Origin: an uncultured Candidatus Saccharibacteria bacterium
GTDB lineage: Bacteria > Patescibacteriota > Andersenbacteria > UBA10190
DNA length: 64,000 bases
Direction of reading: 5' to 3'
NCBI GenBank assembly: GCA_964371255.1
Contig: CAYJKV010000001.1
Span: forward strand, 163,140-227,139
Shown: one piece after another, positions 49,173 through 58,004 of the stretch
Numbering within the stretch: the stretch's first letter is position 1
How the letters are laid out: the number at the start of each line of letters is the position of its first letter
Translations under genes and position numbers: made by a program
The notes under the pieces: generated by a model
Databases searched by the model: none
What the model was told of the DNA's origin: nothing
What the model saw: the letters and a program-made list of their open reading frames with translations, nothing else

Positions 49173-49757
49173 GTGATGATTGAAAGAACATTGGCGATTA
49201 TAAAACCAGATGGAATACAAAGAGGATTGATGGGAGAAATAGTCGGCCGGTTTGAGAAAGCAGGCTTGAAGATCGTGGGGATGAAATTGGTTTGGCCAGA
49301 CAAGAAACTGGTCGGAGAACACTATGCTGATGATAAAGAATATTTAACTGGGGTAGGAGAGAGGGCGCTGGCAAATGCCCGGGAAAAAGGGGTTGAGATG
49401 AAAAAGACGGCACTAGAAATTGGCCAACGTGTTCGGGAGAGCAATATGAGATACATATCGACAGGTCCCGTACTGGCTTTTGTGCTGGAAGGAAACACAG
49501 CAGTGCAGTCGGTGCGGAATATGGTCGGCGGGACGAATCCACTGACGGCGGATATAGGGACGATTCGAGGGGACTTGACTATCGATGATTTTATGCAATC
49601 GGATACCGAGAACCGTTCGGTGCGAAATCTTATGCATGCGTCAGGGAATGTGGCGGAAGCGGAACGTGAGATACCCTTATGGTTTATGGAGAGCGAGTTG
49701 TATGAGTATCAGACCGTCATGGATAAGGTGCTGCATGATCCGAGCTGGGGAGCGTAG
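49173..49757 (+). CDS. ndk: Nucleoside diphosphate kinase (long form)
   Basis: MIERTLAIIKPDGIQRGLMGEIVGRFEKAGLKIVGMK and the active-site His region. Confidence 0.88.
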   Translation: MMIERTLAIIKPDGIQRGLMGEIVGRFEKAGLKIVGMKLVWPDKKLVGEHYADDKEYLTGVGERALANAREKGVEMKKTALEIGQRVRESNMRYISTGPVLAFVLEGNTAVQSVRNMVGGTNPLTADIGTIRGDLTIDDFMQSDTENRSVRNLMHASGNVAEAEREIPLWFMESELYEYQTVMDKVLHDPSWGA

Positions 49758-49781
49758 ACAATAATTTTCAATTTCCAATTT

Positions 49782-49803
49782 TTCCCTAAGGGATCCCTTC
49801 AGG
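49782..49803 (+). promoter_or_regulatory. Conserved 3'-UTR motif, copy 2 (TTCCCTAAGGGATCCCTTCAGG), 25 nt after the ndk stop
   Basis: Read directly. Confidence 0.55.
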
Positions 49804-50002
49804 ACAATTTTCAAAGAAAAACCAAGAAGAGAACTTTCAAACACGACCTAGATAACAGAAAGCGCAAAACGAAACACGTATAGCAATAATTTAGCGTAAC
49901 AACACTTGTGTTAGAGGTGATTGTTTTGTTCGATTGACTAAAAAATCCCGGCTTGCTAGGTTGGGAATGTTAGTTCGTTCAGGGAAGGGTGGTTGGAGGG
50001 GT

Positions 50003-50064
50003 CAGGCACAGCATAGTGGAGGTAGGTAGCTTGTAGCTAGATGTTGTGCCTGGCCCGTTTTTTT
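50003..50064 (+). terminator. Hairpin (about 12 bp stem CAGGCACAGCAT / ATGTTGTGCCTG with inner stem-loop) followed by T7, ending 17 nt before the ATG of the 50081 gene
   Basis: gtcaggcacagcatagtggaggtaggtagcttgtagctagatgttgtgcctggcccgttttttta. Confidence 0.5.
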
Positions 50065-50080
50065 ATCGTATAATATCGAC

Positions 50081-51496
50081 ATGCTTTTTAACTGGCGCGA
50101 GAGGGAAGTGCCATGGACGATATACGGCTTAGCGCTGGCACTGGGAGTGTTCATTATCCTGCGTTTGAATTATTCATTTCCACGGTTTTCTGACGGCAGC
50201 ATCTATTTGTACTTATCATATTTAGTGGGCCAAGGCTTGGTCCCCTATCGGGATTTTTTTTATTCTTCGCCGCCATTAATTCCTTATTTGTTCAGCTTAT
50301 ACGGGTGGATATTTGGATTTAGCTGGCAGGCGTTTGGATACATTCCTCTGTGGTTGTCGTTGGTCGACGCGGTTGTTATTTATTGGTTGATAGTTAAAAA
50401 CGGTTCGCACCTGGGGGCCTTAGCGGCGGCTGTGTTGTATGGTTTGTCATTCGCGACCTTAGCGACAACTGATTTTAACTCCGATGTACATCTGGTGCTG
50501 ACACTAATATTACTGGGCGCGGCGGCGGGACAAAAAAGATGGCCGATAATTAGCGGGATATTTTTTGGGCTGGCAGTTTTAGCGAAGTTATACGCGGTAG
50601 TGGTGCTGGTGGGCTGGGTGGCCGGCTTACTAGGAGATAAAAGGTGGCGGGAAGCGGGGAAGTTTGTATTAGCCAGTACGTTGGTAGCAGGGGTAGCCGT
50701 GGGTTTGATGTGGTGGTGGGTGGGAAATGTCTTTTACGAGCAAATGATTTTGAGTCACATGGGAAAGGTCGAGGGGTTAGCGCGGAAAGAAATATTTATC
50801 TTTTTTATACGACACGATTGGGCATTAGTTTTGGCACCAAGCGGATGGCTGCTGGTTAGAAAAAGAATACCGGGATGGATATGGTGGCCAACGATCGCGT
50901 TGGTTGGCTGGATGACCTGGTGGTCGGATTTTTATTTTCTTTATTTAAAAGTATTGGTGGCGTGGCTGGCATTATGGTGGGGCTGGATAATCACGCAACT
51001 GGATAAGAACATGCGCAAACGGGAGCTGGTGTACGCAGTGCTGGGCGGATTAATAATTGTCTCTACCATTATGATGGCTCGTTATATAGGAGAGCAGGCG
51101 GAGGCGGCCGTGATAGCGCCGTTAGATGAGATTGTTGAATATGTCGAGGACCAGACAGCGGAAGGGGAAGAAATTTACGGATCATTCGAAGTGACACCAT
51201 TAGTGGCACTGGGGGCTAACCGAGCGATATGGCGTCAAGCGGCAGATACAAATATAAAATTCTTTCAAAATGGTTGGTTTAATATGGAGCAGCGGGAACA
51301 AGAGATAAAACAAGATCAAGTCAGAGTGATAATAACAAAGGTGCTATTTGTGAATGGAGGCAGAATGGCTGCGGGACCGGAGCAAGTGCTGCCCCGCAGG
51401 TTCTTTAATGAGAATTGTCGGCTGGGAAAGAGCTGGCCAGTAGAAAATGATTATACGCATAATGCGGTGGCGGTGTGGGAGTGTGAATATAAGTGA
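50081..51496 (+). CDS. Polytopic membrane protein, putative GT-C fold glycosyltransferase (ArnT/PMT-like)
   Basis: 471 aa, about 11-12 TM helices, N-terminal loop with conserved acidic residues (YRDFFYSSPP). ATG is 6 nt after TATAAT. Confidence 0.62.
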   Translation: MLFNWREREVPWTIYGLALALGVFIILRLNYSFPRFSDGSIYLYLSYLVGQGLVPYRDFFYSSPPLIPYLFSLYGWIFGFSWQAFGYIPLWLSLVDAVVIYWLIVKNGSHLGALAAAVLYGLSFATLATTDFNSDVHLVLTLILLGAAAGQKRWPIISGIFFGLAVLAKLYAVVVLVGWVAGLLGDKRWREAGKFVLASTLVAGVAVGLMWWWVGNVFYEQMILSHMGKVEGLARKEIFIFFIRHDWALVLAPSGWLLVRKRIPGWIWWPTIALVGWMTWWSDFYFLYLKVLVAWLALWWGWIITQLDKNMRKRELVYAVLGGLIIVSTIMMARYIGEQAEAAVIAPLDEIVEYVEDQTAEGEEIYGSFEVTPLVALGANRAIWRQAADTNIKFFQNGWFNMEQREQEIKQDQVRVIITKVLFVNGGRMAAGPEQVLPRRFFNENCRLGKSWPVENDYTHNAVAVWECEYK

Positions 51497-51744
51497 GAAA
51501 CCTGAAATCTTGAAATCCCTGCCTGCCGGCCTATCTACCGGTAGGCAGGCAGGTGAAACAAATTCAAAATTATAAACTTAATTAATTAGAAACTGCGGCC
51601 GCGTTCAAGTCAGGTAAGAACCAAGCAGTCTTCATTGACCAAGGATTTGATGGGTAGATCCTACTGCGCTTAAGCTTTGTGGGGCAGGCAAACCGACTGC
51701 TATATCTGCTGGTCGGATATTACCTGCGATTCTTTTGCCAAGAA

Positions 51745-52881
51745 TCATAAGCGGTTATCTTGGATTTGTTGCCGGAGGTCGGCGATATAACTATTGAAGA
51801 AATGAAGGTTATGGAAGGTTAGGAGCTTTAAGCCGGTGATCTCTTGAGCCCTGATCAAATGTGCGATGTAACTTCGTTTATAATCCTGGCAAACATAGCA
51901 GGGGCACTTGGGGTCTAATGGTTTTTGGTCATTCATGAATACGGCATTTTTCAGATTTAATTTTCCGTTATTCGTAAAGGCCGTCCCATGACGGGCATAG
52001 TGGGTGGGAACAATACAGTCGAAGGTATCAATGCCGGCTTTGATAATGGCTGGAATATCTTCGAGGTGGCCGATGCCGAGCAGGTGGCGCGGCTTGTCCG
52101 GCGGTAATTCTTGAAGAACGGTCTGGAGAATCTCCGGCATGATAGTTTTGTCGTCACCGTATTCTCCGCCAATGCCAAAACCAGCGAAAGGTAGCGAGCC
52201 AATGAATTGGGCGGATTGCTGACGCAAGTCGGCAAACTTGCCGCCTTGCACGATGCCAAAAAGAGCTTGGTTAGACGTTTTGGCCGACAAGCATTGTTTG
52301 GCCCAGCGATGGGTGCGTGCCAATGATGCTTTGGTGTATTCCTTATTGGCCACCGGGGAGGTTGCTTCGTCAAAAGTGTAGATGATATCAGCGCCAAGCT
52401 TTTGTTGGATGGCGATCGATTCCGGGGGTCCGATAAAAAGCTGGCGACCATCAACGGGAGAGCGAAAAGTGACGCCCTCATCAGTAATTTTTATATTTTT
52501 TGGCTGCTGGCCGACGGTAACGGTCTCGTCGATCTTTTGTTTGAGAACTTTACCGACGCCATGGTCACGGCCGAACCCGAGGCTGAATACCTGAAAGCCC
52601 CCCGAGTCGGTCATGAGGGGATGACGCCAATTCATAAAATCGTGCAAACCGCCGGCTTGATCGACGAGCTCTTCGCCGGGCTTCAAATGCAGGTGAAAGG
52701 TATTCGCAATTAACATTTGGCAGCCGGCTGCCTCGGCTTCCTGACTGGTCAATGTTTTAATGACAGCTTGGGTTGCCACGGGAACGAGGGTCGGAGTGGC
52801 TACTTCACCATGAGGTGTTTTTAGAATGCCAAGACGAGCGTCGCTCTGGGTGGATTGTTGGCTGATACTAAATTCAATCAT
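51745..52881 (-). CDS. tgt: Queuine tRNA-ribosyltransferase (tRNA-guanine transglycosylase)
   Basis: TIM-barrel Tgt N-terminus (GILKTPHGEVATPTLVPVAT) and zinc site CPCYVCQDY...H. Confidence 0.9.
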   Translation of the reverse strand: MIEFSISQQSTQSDARLGILKTPHGEVATPTLVPVATQAVIKTLTSQEAEAAGCQMLIANTFHLHLKPGEELVDQAGGLHDFMNWRHPLMTDSGGFQVFSLGFGRDHGVGKVLKQKIDETVTVGQQPKNIKITDEGVTFRSPVDGRQLFIGPPESIAIQQKLGADIIYTFDEATSPVANKEYTKASLARTHRWAKQCLSAKTSNQALFGIVQGGKFADLRQQSAQFIGSLPFAGFGIGGEYGDDKTIMPEILQTVLQELPPDKPRHLLGIGHLEDIPAIIKAGIDTFDCIVPTHYARHGTAFTNNGKLNLKNAVFMNDQKPLDPKCPCYVCQDYKRSYIAHLIRAQEITGLKLLTFHNLHFFNSYIADLRQQIQDNRL

Positions 52882-52968
52882 GGGTGCGGAAGGGATGATA
52901 AGGTATTAATATAAAGAGGTTTGTTGTAGGTGTATCATAGAGCTCAATAAAGAAAAAGACCCGGTGAT

Positions 52969-53000
52969 AATATTACGATATTACATAATGTCGTAATATT
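52969..53000. promoter_or_regulatory. Same palindrome, copy C (opposite spacer orientation, one mismatch), in the tgt / yerC-like divergent promoter region
   Basis: AATATTACGATAT-TACATA-ATGTCGTAATATT, about 45 bp upstream of the regulator start codon. Confidence 0.7.
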
Positions 53001-53044
53001 ATTTAGGCAGGGAACAAGCGGTTTAATAAAGAAGGAGGTGTTAA

Positions 53045-53503
53045 ATGATGGGCAGATTTGATTATCGAGGATTGTCTGCCGAGAAGCGGCGCGAGTTTTT
53101 GGATAGGCTGGCTGATATAGTCGCGCACATTCGAAAAAAGGAAGAAGCACGATTTTTTCTTGAGAGACTTTTAACAGAAAGTGAAGTGGTGATGCTAATG
53201 CGCCGGTTGGAAGTGGCCGAACTGCTGCTGGACGGATTAACGTATGAAAAGATCAGGCGTAAATTGGGCGTGGGAACGTCAACGATTTATATCGTTGATA
53301 AGTGGCTGACTGAAGCAGCCTATGAATACAGAGAGATACGAGCGTATCAGAGAAGGATAGGCAAAGATGCCAAGCGAGCCAGAGAAAGAGACAGTAAACG
53401 CGCAAAGGGGCATGTGGAATCGACGATGCCTGGAACATTAAGGCAGATGATTCGTCATGATGCACGATTTATCCTGTTTCGTTTGCTGTTGGGCAATGTT
53501 TAG
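53045..53503 (+). CDS. TrpR-like YerC/YecD family DNA-binding regulator
   Basis: LTESEVVMLMRRLEVAELLLDGLTYEKIRRKLGVGTSTIYIV is the YerC/YecD TrpR-like HTH. The gene is flanked on both sides by the 12-6-12 palindrome. Confidence 0.8.
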   Translation: MMGRFDYRGLSAEKRREFLDRLADIVAHIRKKEEARFFLERLLTESEVVMLMRRLEVAELLLDGLTYEKIRRKLGVGTSTIYIVDKWLTEAAYEYREIRAYQRRIGKDAKRARERDSKRAKGHVESTMPGTLRQMIRHDARFILFRLLLGNV

Positions 53504-53572
53504 ATCGGAACCGAAGGAGTGTGACGCGGTCAGGAGATTTATATAAGTGGATTGATGGGGGGTGATGATTTA

Positions 53573-53604
53573 CATTACGATATTATGTAATATCGTAATA
53601 TGTG
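53573..53604. promoter_or_regulatory. Same palindrome, copy D (exact match to copy A), 70 bp downstream of the yerC-like regulator stop
   Basis: ACATTACGATATTATGTAATATCGTAATAT. Confidence 0.7.
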
Positions 53605-53712
53605 ATTTGGGGGTAATGTGTGGTTTGCGGGTGAATGGGGCGAGAGGCTGGTGAGGAGAGGGGCGGGTGAGGGCAGGGGGACGCAGAAATATTATTAAAA
53701 ATATTCATTGGT

Positions 53713-54003
53713 TTATTGATGGGCTGATGGCGAGATGGTTTGCTCGTAGTCGGGAAAGTAGGTACTGATCAGCGAGAGGTTAAACTTGGGCAGAATTGAT
53801 TGTTTGGATTCGCGTTTGAGGAGAAAGGCGAAGGATTTTTGAATTAGCTCATCGGGTGTAATGGTACCGGCCGTTAATTTTTGCCAGTATTTTTTATCTA
53901 AGGTGACGGTGTGCGAGGTGGTGTCGGGGTCGGTGCCTAGATCGACGTGGAATTGCCAACTGTCATTAGTTTTAGCCAGTTCTTCGATGTGTATTTTCTC
54001 CAT
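53713..54003 (-). CDS. Small hypothetical protein
   Basis: About 96 aa ORF from MEKIHIEELAK, with no motif recognised. Confidence 0.4.
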   Translation of the reverse strand: MEKIHIEELAKTNDSWQFHVDLGTDPDTTSHTVTLDKKYWQKLTAGTITPDELIQKSFAFLLKRESKQSILPKFNLSLISTYFPDYEQTISPSAHQ

Positions 54004-54077
54004 ATGGCAGGTTGATAAAGTGGTATTTACGCGGTACAAGTATATCACAGCACCTTTTAATTAAGGGCAAAATGATG

Positions 54078-54150
54078 CGGGGTGTAGTATAGAGGCAGTA
54101 CGCAAGGCTGGGGGTCTTGTAGCCCGGGTTCGATTCCCGGCACCCCGACA
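54078..54150 (+). tRNA. tRNA-Pro (anticodon GGG)
   Basis: Hand fold: acceptor CGGGGTG/CACCCCG, D-stem GTAT/GTAC, anticodon stem CAAGG/TCTTG with loop CTGGGGG (anticodon GGG, G37), T-arm CCGGG-TTCGATT-CCCGG, discriminator A. Confidence 0.75.
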
Positions 54151-54167
54151 GAGAGGGTGAAGCAGAA

Positions 54168-54294
54168 GTGGCTGGCTTCACGAGACATGTGTCGCCCCGC
54201 TGTGGCGGGGCGCACTCAATCTCAACCGCGCCCGCGGGGCGCGATTTCCGATATGGTCTCTTAAAGTCCAGCCACTTCTGCTTCGGGGGAATAA
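54168..54294. repeat. About 127 bp GC-rich element bounded by 17-18 bp near-perfect inverted repeats (TGAAGCAGAAGTGGCTGG ... CCAGCCACTTCTGCTTCG) with two internal GC hairpins, immediately 3' of tRNA-Pro
   Basis: Internal hairpins CGCCCCGC-tgtg-GCGGGGCG and CGCGCCC-gcg-GGGCGCG, with no ORF. Confidence 0.5.
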
Positions 54295-54528
54295 AATAAA
54301 CGTCCATTATAGAATGGTGCGGCTTTTGTCCCTAAATTATATACATCGAATATTTGTTACACTTTAAACAAAATTTCAACTGCCTTCACTGATAAGCCTG
54401 TCGTCGTTATTTTTTTGATAAAAGTTGAAATTGAAGTGATTTTGTTTTTGAACGAAAAAGCCTAGATAAAATGTTATTTATTTACTGCAATAAGGATAGA
54501 ATGATTGTATAATTTATGTTTGAGATTG

Positions 54529-56940
54529 ATGGACAGTATTATGAATGATAAAAATGCTATGCCGATGAATGAGCTGCGCGGTAAGAAGATTTTACTGGTG
54601 AATACTGGATCGGTAAAAAAGCGTTTTGTTTTACAAAAGCTAAAAAAGTTAGGCCTGGTGGTAGTAGTGTTGAACAAGGAAAAGAATTGGGCACAAGCTT
54701 ATATTGATGATTGGATTATCGCCGACACAGGAAATTTCAAAGAGTGTATTCAGGCTGTGCGTGAATACATGAAGAATAATCCGGCAAGTTTGTTTGATGC
54801 GGCAATAACTTTTTGGGAAGACGATGTCCTATTAACCAGTAAGATTACAGATTCGTTCAATCTGGTCGGTATACCATATAGGGTTGCACAAAAAGCGCGA
54901 AACAAATTTGTGTTTAGGGAATTTTGCGAACTGAACGGCATACGCGCGCCCCAGCACGCTTTGTTAAAATCGACTGAAGATTGCAAACGGGTGACACAGA
55001 GTTTCCATTTTCCACTGGTGGTCAAACCAGTATATGGCGCTTCGAGCGCATACGTTGTCAAAGTAGACGATGAAGATGATCTCTATAATACCTTTGAGTA
55101 CATACGGAAGAATATGTCCACCGAAATTGAATCGGCTTTAGCCAATGGGCGGGATATATTAGTGGAGGAATATATTGACGGCAACGAAGTGGACGTAGAT
55201 ATCCTATTGCAGAACGGAAAAGTGAAGTTTTACTCCATTACTGATAATTTCCAAACAAGGGAACCATTTTTTGTGGAAACGGGAGACGCTATACCTTCCA
55301 GCTTGCCGGCTTGGGAGCAGCATAAGTTAGTAGAACTCGCGGAAGAGGTTCTGGAAAAGTTAGCCATCCAGAATGGGTGCATTCATTTTGAAGCCAAAGC
55401 CGCGAAAGACGGACCGGTACCGATCGAAGTGAACTTACGGATGGGTGGAGATTATGTTTATTCGTTTATCAAGGGAGTTTGGGGTGTGGACTTAATTGAG
55501 AACGCCGTAAAAATTGCCTGTGGGATATATATCAGTCACATACCAAAGCCGGAGAGACCGCTGAAGTTCTTGGCCGGAAAATATTTCTTACCGGATAATT
55601 CTGGAATTCTGGCAAAGCTTGATATTAATGAGAAGATGAAAAATGATTATCACTTGGAAGAAGTGAATCTCAACAAGAAGATTGGCGATCCAATTCTAGT
55701 GCCACCGGAGGGATATGAGTTTCTCGGGTGGCTGACGGTAGCCGGAGAGAATGCAATTGATACCCAGGACAATATCAGGGACCTGAGTAAAAATGTGACT
55801 TTTGAGGTGGCGCGATTTGACCGTGATTCTTTTATTGGTAAAACCTCGCGAAAGAACAGATTTTCAGCGGCTAGGTTGAATAAAGACAGTCTGCTGCGCG
55901 CGTTTAAAAAAGAGAATATCAAGCGAATATCGATATCTGATCTGCGCAGTCTGAATATTGGTATAGCTTATAACAGTGATGGGGAAGGGGGTAACCAATC
56001 GGCAGAAAAACCAGCCGGAGCGGCTCAGATGATGGAGCAGACATTGAAAGAACTGGGTTATAAGACAAGTGTGTTTGATTACAATGTGCTGGCGGATGTG
56101 TTTGAAGCGTTGCGTATCAGTGAGGTTAATCTGGTGATCAATGCCGGAGCGCGGGTGCTGGATTCAGAATATGGAGAAGTGCACGCAGCTGCCTTGTTGG
56201 ACATGCTGGATATTCCATATACAGGGCCGAACCCGACAACCCTAGGCGTGTGTCGTGACCTAACGCGAATAAAAAAACTGCTGCAGTTTCATAGCATACC
56301 GACGCCTAAATGGGATTATGTTTATGAGCTGGATGATGAGATACGGGAAGACTTAAAGTTTCCATTAATTGTTAAACCGATGTATGAGGGGGGGCCGATT
56401 AAAATTGGGCAGCAATCGGTAGTAACGGATAAACAGATGCTGCAGGAGGCATTGAATGTATACATCAAAAAATTTAATATACCTGCGATTATTGAAGAAT
56501 TTATTGACGGCGATGAATACCAGGTGGTGATATTGGGTAATGAAAATAACGTGCGGGCACTGCCGCTATCGCGCTTAATTTTTCAAGAACAACCGGTAGG
56601 CGTCTGGCCCATTCATGTCCAGGGAAACGGGGGGATTGAGATAGAAACGAACGATGTCTTAATACAACATCCGCCTAGGAACATTCCTAAAAAACTTGAG
56701 TCCCTCATTACCGAAATGGCGCTCGATACATATAATATTTTGGAAGGCTCTGATTTAGGCCAGGTTAAAATCCGGGTAGATAAAGACCTTAATCCTCATA
56801 TCATTTGCTTTGATCCGCTACCATCTCTGCATCCGCAAGGAGGGGTGGCTGGTGCGGCGGCGGTAAGTGGCATTAGCTATAGCGAGTTGTTAGAAGAGAT
56901 TGTGCGCATTGCGATTACGCGATACAAAAACGAAGAATGA
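54529..56940 (+). CDS. Tandem ATP-grasp ligase (N-terminal ATP-grasp module plus C-terminal D-Ala-D-Ala-ligase-like module)
   Basis: First half: FPLVVKPVYGASSAYVVKV...EEYIDGNEVDVDIL. Second half: Ddl-like (EYGEVHAAALLDMLDIPYTGPNP...FPLIVKPMYEGGPIKIG...EEFIDGDEYQVVIL). The track start is TTG at 54505. The first ATG downstream of a TATAAT is 54529, and 54541 or 54565 are alternatives. Confidence 0.75.
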   Translation: MDSIMNDKNAMPMNELRGKKILLVNTGSVKKRFVLQKLKKLGLVVVVLNKEKNWAQAYIDDWIIADTGNFKECIQAVREYMKNNPASLFDAAITFWEDDVLLTSKITDSFNLVGIPYRVAQKARNKFVFREFCELNGIRAPQHALLKSTEDCKRVTQSFHFPLVVKPVYGASSAYVVKVDDEDDLYNTFEYIRKNMSTEIESALANGRDILVEEYIDGNEVDVDILLQNGKVKFYSITDNFQTREPFFVETGDAIPSSLPAWEQHKLVELAEEVLEKLAIQNGCIHFEAKAAKDGPVPIEVNLRMGGDYVYSFIKGVWGVDLIENAVKIACGIYISHIPKPERPLKFLAGKYFLPDNSGILAKLDINEKMKNDYHLEEVNLNKKIGDPILVPPEGYEFLGWLTVAGENAIDTQDNIRDLSKNVTFEVARFDRDSFIGKTSRKNRFSAARLNKDSLLRAFKKENIKRISISDLRSLNIGIAYNSDGEGGNQSAEKPAGAAQMMEQTLKELGYKTSVFDYNVLADVFEALRISEVNLVINAGARVLDSEYGEVHAAALLDMLDIPYTGPNPTTLGVCRDLTRIKKLLQFHSIPTPKWDYVYELDDEIREDLKFPLIVKPMYEGGPIKIGQQSVVTDKQMLQEALNVYIKKFNIPAIIEEFIDGDEYQVVILGNENNVRALPLSRLIFQEQPVGVWPIHVQGNGGIEIETNDVLIQHPPRNIPKKLESLITEMALDTYNILEGSDLGQVKIRVDKDLNPHIICFDPLPSLHPQGGVAGAAAVSGISYSELLEEIVRIAITRYKNEE

Positions 56941-58001
56941 TTATGAAGGAGATAAAGGTGGAGAAGCAGGAGCTTTCGTTTCGGGAGCCATTTGCAATCG
57001 CTTACGAAACAGTAGATTACGCCTCCGTAATTCTGTTAGGACTGGAAGACGAGAAGGGGAATGTAGGGCTGGGCAGCGCGGCACCGGACGAGACAGTGAC
57101 CGGAGAAAATATCGACGAAATAAAAACACTTTTAGAAAAACGCGTGGATTTGGATTTCTTTTGTCATGCTCTTGAGGATCGGGCATGGTATGAAAAAAGA
57201 ATTCGACAGCAGCTAGATGGCTATCCGTCAGCACAAGCAGCTGTGGAAACAGCTTTGATACATTTGGTAGCGCTACGAGAGGGAGTAAGCCCGCAAAAAT
57301 ATTTTGGAACATGCCGGCCGTCGTGTGCTTTGGTGGTGACGGTGGGAATAAAGCCGTTGCCAGATACGCTAGTTGAAGTTAATAAACGCGTGCAAGACGG
57401 GTTTAAATCAATCAAGTTGAAGGTGGGCTTAGATATGGATGGTGATATAGAAAAAATACAGGCAGTGCGTGAGGCCTTACCAGCTAACATCAAGTTAATT
57501 ATCGATGCTAATCAGGGATATAAGTACGCTGAAGCAAAGCGAGTACTAGAAGCGATTGGCGACTTGAATATTGCGGGAGTGGAGCAGCCTATTTCAGCTA
57601 AGCAAAAGGAAGAATTCAAAAGATTGCGGGCAATGGAGCGGCTGCCGCTGATCGCTGACGAGTTGGCCACCAAAGCGGATGAAGCGAAGCTATTAATGAA
57701 ACAAGATTACGCCGACGGTATTAATATAAAAATGATGAAGTTTGGCGGCCCGAGTTCTTGTCAGGAAATAATTGAATATGCTTTGGAAAGATCAAAGCTG
57801 GTTATGCTGGGGTGCATGTACGAGTCGAATGTTTCGATTACAGCCGCGGCCTATCTGGCGCTGGCTTATCCGATACAGTTTGTTGATTTGGATAGCGGAC
57901 ATTTTGATTTTGAAAATGATGGCACGGCAGGAGGCGCAGCGGTAAGCAATGGTATGTTGTATGTTGATGGGATGCCAAGATTGGTCAAAGGAAAATTTTA
58001 G
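56937..58001 (+). CDS. Enolase-superfamily dipeptide epimerase (MLE subgroup, L-Ala-D/L-Glu epimerase-like)
   Basis: KxK motif (FKSIKLKVG), metal ligands (IIDANQGY, VEQP, ADE) and a TIM-barrel of about 350 aa. Start overlaps the upstream stop (ATGA). Confidence 0.82.
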   Translation: MIMKEIKVEKQELSFREPFAIAYETVDYASVILLGLEDEKGNVGLGSAAPDETVTGENIDEIKTLLEKRVDLDFFCHALEDRAWYEKRIRQQLDGYPSAQAAVETALIHLVALREGVSPQKYFGTCRPSCALVVTVGIKPLPDTLVEVNKRVQDGFKSIKLKVGLDMDGDIEKIQAVREALPANIKLIIDANQGYKYAEAKRVLEAIGDLNIAGVEQPISAKQKEEFKRLRAMERLPLIADELATKADEAKLLMKQDYADGINIKMMKFGGPSSCQEIIEYALERSKLVMLGCMYESNVSITAAAYLALAYPIQFVDLDSGHFDFENDGTAGGAAVSNGMLYVDGMPRLVKGKF

Positions 58002-58004
58002 GCT

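Noticed and set aside
52969-53604. The 12-6-12 palindromes as dif/Xer or invertase recombination sites
   Set aside because: The geometry fits, but there are four copies and no recombinase gene in the window. They bracket an HTH regulator gene, so operator function is more parsimonious. This is kept as an alternative in the findings.
54160-54300. SRP RNA, tmRNA or RNase P RNA next to tRNA-Pro
   Set aside because: The element is too short for RNase P or tmRNA, and it lacks the SRP domain IV GGAA/AGCAG motifs and the tmRNA tag ORF or T-arm. It is treated as an unclassified inverted-repeat element.
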